A stretch of DNA of 64,000 bases from Clostridia bacterium. Its GTDB lineage: Bacteria > Bacillota > Clostridia > Oscillospirales > Acutalibacteraceae. The stretch spans positions 28,317 to 92,316 of the forward strand of contig JAFRHS010000044.1 of assembly GCA_017433225.1 (NCBI GenBank), given 5' to 3'. The notes below the pieces were generated by a model. It was not told the DNA's origin, ran no database searches, and saw only the letters and a program-made list of their open reading frames with translations. This document shows positions 16,027 through 23,459 of the stretch, in pieces (the stretch's first letter is position 1; every line of letters starts with the position of its first letter). Position numbers and translations under genes: made by a program.

Positions 16027-17217
16027 ATGAAACAGATGCCCAACAACTTCCGGCGCGTCAAGTTCATCTGGAAGTATCTGGCACCCGTCCTGTCTCCGAT
16101 CTTCTGCAAACTGTTCGGGTTCCACCGCAACGTTTACAAACCCGTCGAAGAGCCGTTCCTGCTGGTCTCGAACCACACGGACGGGGCAGACCCCGGCTTT
16201 GTCCTGAGCGACGTCCGGGCATACTTCCGGTTCGTCTCCAGTGACCATGTCATGGAGAACCCGGTCATCCGAAACGTGTTCCGGTTCATCGGCCGCCCGC
16301 TCATCAACTATCAGAAGGATTCGAGCGATGTCATTTACAACAATATGCTCGAGACCCTGAAGCGGGGCATCAATGTCCAGCTGATGGCCGAGGCCAGAGT
16401 CACGGACACGGGGGAGACCGGCTACATCTCCCGCCGAAATGCGACCCTCGTCAAGGAGGCGGGCTGCGGACTCATCACACACCGCATCACCGGTGGTTAC
16501 CTGACCATCCCGCGGTGGGCGGACGAGCGCCGCAAGGGCCCTGTCTACGGAGAGGTGGTCCATCATTACACGAAGGCGGAGATCGCTCAGATGAGCGAAG
16601 ACGAGGTCTATGAGGCGATGTGCCGCGACCTCTATGTCAACGCCTATGAAGAGAACCGTGTGAAGAAACAGAAGTATATCGCCGAGAACCCGGCGCAGAG
16701 CGCGGAGTACGTGCTGTACGGCTGTCCGAAGTGCGGGACGGTCGGCAAACTCCACACGAAGCACGACAAACTCTGGTGCGACTGCTGCGACTTCGAGGCC
16801 ACGGTCGACGACTATGGTTTCTGGCATTCCAAAGACATGGACTGGGACACGATCCCCGAATGGGACAAGTACCAGAAAGAACTCATCTACCAGCTCATCG
16901 ACAACGCGACCGACCCCGATGAAGTCCTGGTCGAGCACGACGAACAGCTCGTCTCCGTCATGGATGAGAAAGGCGATGTACACCTCGCCGACGAACACGG
17001 CGTCATCCGTCTTTACAAGGACAGCATCGAGGTACTGTGGGACGGCAGATCGACCCGGGTGAAGGGGACCGACGTGAAGAAGATCTCCTACTCGTCCAAG
17101 GGCACGGTCGGCCTCGTCACGGACGACGTGAACCTGCGCATCAAGACGAAAGAGCCCCGCGCCGCCAATATCTATCTGGTCGGTGTCCGGTACATGAAAG
17201 GCCATAAGACAATCTGA
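16027..17217 (+). CDS. PlsC-like lysophospholipid acyltransferase with C-terminal zinc-ribbon domain
   Basis: HX4D motif (SNHTDGAD). CPKCG...CDCCD ribbon. Starts 3 nt after the ligase stop. Confidence 0.7.
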   Translation: MKQMPNNFRRVKFIWKYLAPVLSPIFCKLFGFHRNVYKPVEEPFLLVSNHTDGADPGFVLSDVRAYFRFVSSDHVMENPVIRNVFRFIGRPLINYQKDSSDVIYNNMLETLKRGINVQLMAEARVTDTGETGYISRRNATLVKEAGCGLITHRITGGYLTIPRWADERRKGPVYGEVVHHYTKAEIAQMSEDEVYEAMCRDLYVNAYEENRVKKQKYIAENPAQSAEYVLYGCPKCGTVGKLHTKHDKLWCDCCDFEATVDDYGFWHSKDMDWDTIPEWDKYQKELIYQLIDNATDPDEVLVEHDEQLVSVMDEKGDVHLADEHGVIRLYKDSIEVLWDGRSTRVKGTDVKKISYSSKGTVGLVTDDVNLRIKTKEPRAANIYLVGVRYMKGHKTI

Positions 17218-17302
17218 TAAGATAATATTTTCGTTTGAGTCCTATATAACGTGCGATTTCTTCCAAAAATGAAATTTCACAAAATGAATTTTTCAAAAAG
17301 AG

Positions 17303-17331
17303 TTGACAAATCCTTTTTGCAGGTGTAGACT
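17303..17331 (+). promoter_or_regulatory. Sigma-A-type promoter of glnA-asnA-purF
   Basis: TTGACA (17303-17308), 17 nt spacer, TAGACT (17326-17331). Confidence 0.55.
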
Positions 17332-17349
17332 CTTAGCCAAGATAAGAGC

Positions 17350-17390
17350 GAAGGCGTTCCGATCCACATCGGAGCGCCTTCTTCTTTTTT
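17350..17390 (+). terminator. Promoter-proximal intrinsic terminator (attenuator) in the glnA leader
   Basis: 14-bp stem GAAGGCGTTCCGAT / ATCGGAGCGCCTTC, loop CCAC, then TTCTTTTTT. Lies about 40 nt upstream of the glnA ATG. Confidence 0.75.
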
Positions 17391-17432
17391 ATCAATTTTT
17401 TGAATCGATGTAATGTCGAGAAGGAGGATCTT

Positions 17433-18776
17433 ATGAGTAAGCTCACAAAAGAACAGATTTTGCAGAGCGCAAAAGAGAATCACGTGGAATTTGTCAGACT
17501 TCAGTTCACCGACCTGTTTGGCATCATGAAGAACGTTGCCATCACGGTGTCGCAGCTCGAAAAGGCGCTGGACAATGAGTGCATGTTCGACGGGTCCTCG
17601 ATCAACGGATTCGTTCGCATCGACGAGAGCGACATGTATCTGCATCCCGATTATGACTCCTGGGCGATCGTTCCCTGGAGAAAGCACGAAGAGATCCAGA
17701 CCGGCCGTCTGATCTGTTCTGTCTATATGTCCGACAACAAGACCCCGTTTGAAGGCGATCCGCGAAACGTGTTCCAGAAAGTCATCGACGAGGCAAAAGA
17801 GATGGGTTACGGTTTCAACGTTGGCCCCGAGTGCGAATTCTTCCTTTTCAAACTGGACGAGGAAGGAAAACCGACTACCGAGGTCGCGGACAAGGCCGGG
17901 TATTTCGACCTGAACCCGATCGACCACGGCGAGAACTGCCGGAGAGATATCTGTCTGGCGCTCGAACAGATGGGTTACGTGATCGAGGCATCCCACCACG
18001 AAGTCGCGGAAGGACAGCATGAGATCGACTTCCAGTTCGGCGAAGGCCTCATGACCGCCGACCGTGTCATGACCTTCAAACATGTCGTCAAGACCTATGC
18101 CACCAAGCACGGCCTGCATGCGACGTTCATGCCGAAACCCATCTACGGCATCAACGGCTCCGGCATGCACACCAATATGAGCCTTTACGAACTCGAGACC
18201 GGCAAGAACGTCTTCGACGATCCGGACGGCGACCTCGGTCTTTCCAAAGAGGCCTATGCGTTCATCGCCGGCATCATGGAACACGTCAAAGGCATCGCGG
18301 CCTTCTCGAACCCGACCGTCAACTCCTACAAGCGTCTGGTGCCCGGCTATGAGGCTCCGAGCTACCTCGTCTGGAGCACTTCCAACCGCTCCTGCCTGGT
18401 CCGGATCCCGGCCAGCCGCGGCAAGGGCACCCGTGTCGAGCTCCGCTGCCCGGACCCGACCTGCAACCCGTACCTGGAGATGGCGCTCTGCCTTGCAGCC
18501 GGTCTGGACGGCATCAAAAGAGGACTTGTTCCGAAACCCGCTTATGACGAGAATGTGTTCGTGCTGAGCGATGAGGAACTGGCTGCCAACGGCATCGACT
18601 GTCTGCCGGGCACTCTGGAAGAGGCCATTGCCGAAGCCGAAAAAGACCCGTTCGTCCGCGAGACCCTCGGCGCTCATGTATTCGACAATTACATCGCCGG
18701 AAAGAAAGCGGAATGGGACGACTACAGAACGAAGATCTCTCAGTGGGAGATCGACCAGTATCTGATCAACTATTAA
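17433..18776 (+). CDS. glnA: Glutamine synthetase type I
   Basis: 447 aa. GPECEFFLF, HHEVAEGQHEIDF, GSGMHTNMS, NSYKRLVPGYEAP, RVELRCPDP all intact. AAGGAGG Shine-Dalgarno. Confidence 0.95.
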   Translation: MSKLTKEQILQSAKENHVEFVRLQFTDLFGIMKNVAITVSQLEKALDNECMFDGSSINGFVRIDESDMYLHPDYDSWAIVPWRKHEEIQTGRLICSVYMSDNKTPFEGDPRNVFQKVIDEAKEMGYGFNVGPECEFFLFKLDEEGKPTTEVADKAGYFDLNPIDHGENCRRDICLALEQMGYVIEASHHEVAEGQHEIDFQFGEGLMTADRVMTFKHVVKTYATKHGLHATFMPKPIYGINGSGMHTNMSLYELETGKNVFDDPDGDLGLSKEAYAFIAGIMEHVKGIAAFSNPTVNSYKRLVPGYEAPSYLVWSTSNRSCLVRIPASRGKGTRVELRCPDPTCNPYLEMALCLAAGLDGIKRGLVPKPAYDENVFVLSDEELAANGIDCLPGTLEEAIAEAEKDPFVRETLGAHVFDNYIAGKKAEWDDYRTKISQWEIDQYLINY

Positions 18777-18788
18777 GGGGAGACACCT

Positions 18789-19796
18789 ATGATCTATCCG
18801 ATCTATCCGGAAGGATATCACAGTAAACTCAGTCAGAGAGAAACGCAATACGCGATCAAAACGGTCAAAGATACGTTCCAGTTCAAACTCAGCAAAGCGC
18901 TGAACCTCGACCGCGTGACCGCGCCGCTCATGGTGACGGAGGCCAGCGGTCTCAACGATGACCTGAACGGTGTGGAGCGAAAAGTCACCTTTACGATGAA
19001 GAACATGGAAGGGGAGGGCCAGGTCGTTCAAAGCCTTGCCAAATGGAAGCGCCACGCGCTCTGGTACTATGGCTATGAGCCCGGGACCGGCATCTATACC
19101 GACATGAACGCCATCCGCCGGGACGACGATATGGACAACCTGCATTCTCTGTATGTCGACCAGTGGGACTGGTGCCGGGTCATCCGCCGGGAAGACCGCA
19201 ACCGGGAATTCCTGCATGACATCGTCAAAAAGATCGTCCGTGCGATCGTTGAGACGAACGACGTCGTCAAAGAGACCTATCCGATGCTGGGCTTTGAGAT
19301 GAGTGACGAAGTCTATTTCGTCACGACCCAGGAACTGGAAGACCGCTGGCCGGAGCTGAGCCCGAGAGAGCGTGAGGACGCCATCGTCAAAGAACACGGG
19401 ACCGTGTTCATCGAACAGATCGGCGGCGCTCTGAAGAGCGGTCAGAAACATGACGGCCGTGCGCCGGACTATGATGACTGGTCGCTCAACGGCGACATCT
19501 TCGCATGGAACGAGCTCCTCGGCTGCGCGTTCGAGATCAGCTCGATGGGCATCCGTGTCGACGCCGAGAGCATGCATCGCCAGCTGGAGATCGAGGGCTG
19601 CCTCGACCGGGAGGAACGTCCGTTCCACAAAGGGATCCTGGACGGCACCCTGCCGCTCACCATCGGAGGCGGCATCGGTCAATCGCGCATGTGTATGCTG
19701 CTCCTGGAAAAAGCGCACATCGGCGAAGTGCAGTGCGCACTCTGGCCCGATGAGATGCGTGCGGAATGTGCCGAGCACGGCATCATCCTACTGTGA
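18789..19796 (+). CDS. asnA: Aspartate-ammonia ligase
   Basis: 335 aa with an AsnA-type class II synthetase-like sequence (TAPLMV, GIGQSRMCMLLL). 12 nt after glnA. Confidence 0.9.
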   Translation: MIYPIYPEGYHSKLSQRETQYAIKTVKDTFQFKLSKALNLDRVTAPLMVTEASGLNDDLNGVERKVTFTMKNMEGEGQVVQSLAKWKRHALWYYGYEPGTGIYTDMNAIRRDDDMDNLHSLYVDQWDWCRVIRREDRNREFLHDIVKKIVRAIVETNDVVKETYPMLGFEMSDEVYFVTTQELEDRWPELSPREREDAIVKEHGTVFIEQIGGALKSGQKHDGRAPDYDDWSLNGDIFAWNELLGCAFEISSMGIRVDAESMHRQLEIEGCLDREERPFHKGILDGTLPLTIGGGIGQSRMCMLLLEKAHIGEVQCALWPDEMRAECAEHGIILL

Positions 19797-19798
19797 AC

Positions 19799-21247
19799 AT
19801 GTTGAATAAACTCCATGAAGAGTGCGGCGTCTTCGGCCTGTTCGAACCGACGACCAAGGATGTCGCACACTCGGTTTACCTTGCCCTCTATGCGCTTCAG
19901 CACAGAGGGCAGGAAGCTTGTGGGATCGTCGTGAACGACGACGGGGTCTTTTCCCACCACAAGGGCGACGGACTGGTCCATGAGGTGTTCCCGGAAGAAC
20001 GTCTTTCCGCACTGGGGACGGGGAACATGGCGGTCGGCCATGTCCGCTATTCCACGACCGGCGGCAAGAGCCTCAGCAATATCCAGCCCCTCGTCATCCG
20101 TCATATCAAGGGCAATATGGCGCTCGCGCATAACGGGAACCTCGTCAATGCGGCGGAACTGCGCCGGCAGTTCGAACTGTCCGGAGGCATCTTCCACGGG
20201 ACTTCCGACACGGAGGCGATCGCTTATACGATCGTGTCTCATCGTCTGCATTCCGCCAGTACGGAGGAGGCCATCGAAAAGACGATGGAATCGATCTCCG
20301 GCGCGTATTCGTGCATCGTCATGACGGCGACCAAGATGATCGCCTTCCGTGACCCGAACGGCTTCCGTCCGCTCTGTCTGGGGCGGACCGAAGAGGGTGC
20401 CTGGGCAGTCAGCAGTGAGTCCTGTGCGCTCGAGTCCATCGGTGCCTCGTTTGTGCGCGATGTACTGCCGGGAGAGATCATCATCCTCTCGAAAGACGGA
20501 GTCGGGTCCAACACGAAGCATTGTCTTCCGGCTGCAAAACGCAGTGCCTGTGTCTTTGAATACATCTACTTTGCCCGCCCGGACTCGGTGCTGGACGGCG
20601 CCTCGGTCCACCGTGCCCGCATGCGGGCCGGCGCCTTCCTCGCGAAGGAGCACCCGGTGGACGCGGATATCGTCATCGGAGTCCCGGACTCCGGGCTGGA
20701 CGCGGCGCTGGGCTACGCCAGAGAGAGCGGGATCCCTTACGGGGTCGGTTTCATCAAGAATAAATATATCGGGCGCAGCTTCATCGAACCGAGCCAGGGA
20801 CAGAGGGAAGACGCGGTCAAGATCAAACTGAACGTGATCCGGGAAACGGTCGCCGGGAAGCGTGTCATCATGATCGACGATTCCATCGTCCGCGGGACGA
20901 CCTGCGCGCGGATCGTCCGCCTTCTGCGCGAGGCCGGTGCCGCAGAGGTCCATATGCGGGTCTCTTCTCCGCCGTTTCGCCATGAGTGCTTCTTTGGCAC
21001 CGATGTCGACAGCAGCGACAACCTGATCGCCTGCCGCTATGACACGGTGGAAGAGATCGGGGAGGAGATCGGCGTCGACTCGCTCGGGTACCTGTCGGTC
21101 GAGGCGACACACCGTCTGGCGGACACCGCGGCGGTCGGGTTCTGTGACGGCTGTTTTACCGGCTGTTATCCGATCCCGGTGCCGGATGAGATCGAAAAGA
21201 ACAAGTTCGATCAGAAACTGGGAGCATTCCCTCTGGCAGTGGAATGA
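19799..21247 (+). CDS. purF: Amidophosphoribosyltransferase
   Basis: N-terminal MLNKLHEECGVFG (Cys nucleophile), PRTase motif VIMIDDSIVRGTT and a C-terminal Cys cluster. 2 nt after asnA. Confidence 0.95.
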   Translation: MLNKLHEECGVFGLFEPTTKDVAHSVYLALYALQHRGQEACGIVVNDDGVFSHHKGDGLVHEVFPEERLSALGTGNMAVGHVRYSTTGGKSLSNIQPLVIRHIKGNMALAHNGNLVNAAELRRQFELSGGIFHGTSDTEAIAYTIVSHRLHSASTEEAIEKTMESISGAYSCIVMTATKMIAFRDPNGFRPLCLGRTEEGAWAVSSESCALESIGASFVRDVLPGEIIILSKDGVGSNTKHCLPAAKRSACVFEYIYFARPDSVLDGASVHRARMRAGAFLAKEHPVDADIVIGVPDSGLDAALGYARESGIPYGVGFIKNKYIGRSFIEPSQGQREDAVKIKLNVIRETVAGKRVIMIDDSIVRGTTCARIVRLLREAGAAEVHMRVSSPPFRHECFFGTDVDSSDNLIACRYDTVEEIGEEIGVDSLGYLSVEATHRLADTAAVGFCDGCFTGCYPIPVPDEIEKNKFDQKLGAFPLAVE

Positions 21248-21272
21248 GTCCGATAAAAAAGAAAATTTCCCG

Positions 21273-21301
21273 TTGCATTTGAGCGGTTGCTGTGCTATTA
21301 T
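21273..21301 (+). promoter_or_regulatory. Sigma-A-type promoter of tRNA-Leu(CAG)
   Basis: TTGCAT, 17 nt spacer, TATTAT. Confidence 0.5.
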
Positions 21302-21342
21302 ATTCAAGCAGTCAACGCGGGTCTCCCGCTTGACATACATAT

Positions 21343-21429
21343 GCGGACGTGGCGGAATTGGCAGACGCGCTAGATTCAGGTTCTAGTGAATGCAAGTTCA
21401 TGTGGGTTCAAGTCCCGTCGTCCGCACCA
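21343..21429 (+). tRNA. tRNA-Leu (anticodon CAG), CCA encoded
   Basis: GCGGACG TG GCGGAATTGGCAGACGC G CTAGA TTCAGGT TCTAG, long variable arm, GGGTTCAAGTCCCGT CGTCCGC A CCA. Confidence 0.9.
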
Positions 21430-21430
21430 G

Positions 21431-21471
21431 GAAACAGCGAACACGCTTATGCGTATTCGCTGTTTCTTTTT
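21431..21471 (+). terminator. Intrinsic terminator after tRNA-Leu(CAG)
   Basis: GAAACAGCGAACACGC TTAT GCGTATTCGCTGTTTC followed by TTTTT. Confidence 0.8.
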
Positions 21472-21474
21472 GCG

Positions 21475-21735
21475 GACAGGGACTTGAACCGAAGGCCGGA
21501 GCGTCAGGAAAACAGTCCGGTGGACTGTTTTTAGCGACGGGAGGTGCGGCAGCACTTCGGTGCAATTTCGCAAAGCGAAATTGCAGTACGGTCAGAAACA
21601 TAGTCGTCTCGCTCGCTTGGAGCGCGTCGCGATACTCCTTGTTTCTTCCTGTTCGACGACACTGCTTCATCTGCCGCAGGCAGCGCAGTGCCGCGAACCA
21701 AGTCCCGTCGTCCGCACGGCGGCAGTCCCGTCGTC
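21475..21735 (+). repeat. tRNA-Leu-linked cassette B: same conserved module, longer, with two further direct copies of the tRNA 3' segment
   Basis: GACAGGGACTTGAACC (21475-21490) is an inverted T-arm copy. The module runs to 21563. CAAGTCCCGTCGTCCGCAC (21699-21717) and AGTCCCGTCGTC (21724-21735) repeat this tRNA's own 3' end. Confidence 0.6.
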
Positions 21736-21853
21736 GTTTATTTACATCTTGTACACCATACATCCTTGCGTTTTAATCGGGTAATTGGTAGAATTTTACA
21801 CGGTAAGTTTCTTGCTGATTATGTATGTAAATTTCATGAATGGGAGAGATTTT

Positions 21854-23314
21854 ATGGCTGAAGAAAAAACCAAAGCTCCTGCTTATGAAGCAGGTCAGGC
21901 GATCTACGACGCCACCAAACTGGGCACCCCCAGAATGGTCGTCCTGGGTCTCCAGCACATGTTTGCCATGTTTGGCGCCACGGTCCTCGTTCCGCTGATC
22001 ACCGGACTCGATGTCTCGACGACTCTGCTCTTTGCCGGTCTCGGCACATTGCTGTTCCACTTCATCACGAAGATGAAAGTGCCCGCGTTCCTGGGTTCTT
22101 CCTTCGCGTTCCTCGGCGGTTACGCCGCCATCACCGGTCTTACCGATCAATCCATGACGCAGGCCCAGCTCCTGCCGTACGCCTGCTTCGGCGTCGCCTG
22201 TGCCGGTCTCGTCTATCTGATCCTTGCGGCGGTCATCCGTGCCTTTGGTACGTCCAAAGTCATGAGATACTTCCCGCCGGTCGTCACCGGTCCCATCATC
22301 GTGGCCATCGGTCTCGGCCTGTCCGGTTCCGCAGTCACGAACTGCCAGGAGAACTGGCTCGTCGCGTTCTCCGCACTCATCGTCGTCATCATGTTCAACA
22401 TCTGGGGCGTCGGTATGATGCGGATCATCCCGATCATCATGGGCGTCATCGTCTCCTACATCGTCGCCATCCTGTGCCACGATGTCGATTTCACACCCAT
22501 CAAAGAAGCTGCCTGGATCGGCTCTCCGATCCACTGGTCCAGCACCGTCTTCGGCGGCGTGGACTTCGCAAACAGCTCCCTGGTCCTCACGGCCATCATC
22601 GCCATCGTCCCGATCGCGCTCGCGACCATGATGGAGCACATCGGCGACATCTCCGCCATCGGCGCTACCGTCGGCAAGAACTACATCGCCGACCCGGGTC
22701 TCCACAGAACACTGACCGGTGACGGTCTTGCGACCACCATCGCGTCCCTCTTCGGCGCTCCCGCCAACACCACTTACGGTGAGAACACCGGCGTCCTCGC
22801 GCTGACCAAGGTCTACGACCCGAAGGTCATCCGCATTGCAGCGTGCTTCGCGGCGGTCCTGTCCTTCAGCCCGAAGTTCGCGGCCATCATCCACACCATC
22901 CCGACCGCGACCATCGGCGGCATCTCCTTCGTCCTTTACGGTATGATCTCCGCTGCCGGTCTCCGCAACATGGTCGAGTCCCATGTCGACTTCTCCAAGA
23001 GCCGGAACCTCATCATCGCGGCGGTCATCCTGGTCTGCGCACTCGGCATGACGGACGGTCTGACCTTCCATCTCGGCTCCGTCGCCATCACGCTGTCCGC
23101 ACTGGCCGTCGGCTCCATCGCCGGCATCCTGCTCAACGCCATCCTTCCGGGCAAAGACTTCACGTTCGATGAGTCCGACCCGAAAGACACCGGCGCCGAC
23201 CTCTCTCTTGAGAATGTCGCTCTCGAAAAACAGAAGGCTTACGGCGAGAAGAAAGCCAGAGAAAAGGCTGCTGTGAAAAAACTGAAAGCAACGGCGGTAA
23301 ATTCCGAAGAATGA
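21854..23314 (+). CDS. NCS2-family nucleobase (uracil/xanthine-type) permease with charged C-terminal tail
   Basis: GLQHMFAMFGATVLVPLITG and an ENTGVLALT-type motif. Multi-TM. ATG 21854 follows GGGAGAG. Confidence 0.85.
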   Translation: MAEEKTKAPAYEAGQAIYDATKLGTPRMVVLGLQHMFAMFGATVLVPLITGLDVSTTLLFAGLGTLLFHFITKMKVPAFLGSSFAFLGGYAAITGLTDQSMTQAQLLPYACFGVACAGLVYLILAAVIRAFGTSKVMRYFPPVVTGPIIVAIGLGLSGSAVTNCQENWLVAFSALIVVIMFNIWGVGMMRIIPIIMGVIVSYIVAILCHDVDFTPIKEAAWIGSPIHWSSTVFGGVDFANSSLVLTAIIAIVPIALATMMEHIGDISAIGATVGKNYIADPGLHRTLTGDGLATTIASLFGAPANTTYGENTGVLALTKVYDPKVIRIAACFAAVLSFSPKFAAIIHTIPTATIGGISFVLYGMISAAGLRNMVESHVDFSKSRNLIIAAVILVCALGMTDGLTFHLGSVAITLSALAVGSIAGILLNAILPGKDFTFDESDPKDTGADLSLENVALEKQKAYGEKKAREKAAVKKLKATAVNSEE

Positions 23315-23325
23315 AATATTTAGTG

Positions 23326-23354
23326 TTGCAATTTTCATAATATCGTATTATAAT
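23326..23354 (+). promoter_or_regulatory. Sigma-A-type promoter of gltBD
   Basis: TTGCAA (23326-23331), 17 nt spacer, TATAAT (23349-23354). Confidence 0.55.
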
Positions 23355-23377
23355 AATTGCAACCTGAGTGGCGAAGA

Positions 23378-23421
23378 AGTCACAGAACGCAGAGGATTCT
23401 GCGCTCTGTGACTCTTTTTTT
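23378..23421 (+). terminator. Promoter-proximal intrinsic terminator (attenuator) in the gltB leader
   Basis: AGTCACAGA A CGCAGA GGAT TCTGCG C TCTGTGACT followed by CTTTTTTT. Lies about 40 nt upstream of the gltB ATG. Confidence 0.75.
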
Positions 23422-23459
23422 ATGCTTCTCACAAACTCCTCTGGGAGGGACTGTCAAGA

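Noticed and set aside
17218-17432. T-box, glutamine riboswitch or TnrA/GlnR operator in the glnA upstream region
   Set aside because: The leader is too short for a T-box or glnA-type riboswitch. I could not find a convincing TGTNA-N7-TNACA site, only loose half-matches.
13454-19778. Two 833-aa minus-strand ORFs (13454-15955 and 17277-19778) opposite the ligase fusion and glnA/asnA
   Set aside because: Same artefact: they lie antisense to genes with complete catalytic motifs and have no family resemblance. The 17277-19778 ORF would also run through the glnA promoter and terminator.
21737-21853. Purine/pyrimidine-responsive riboswitch or PyrR site upstream of the NCS2 permease
   Set aside because: No three-way-junction purine aptamer signature or PyrR hairpin could be drawn in the ~115 nt available.
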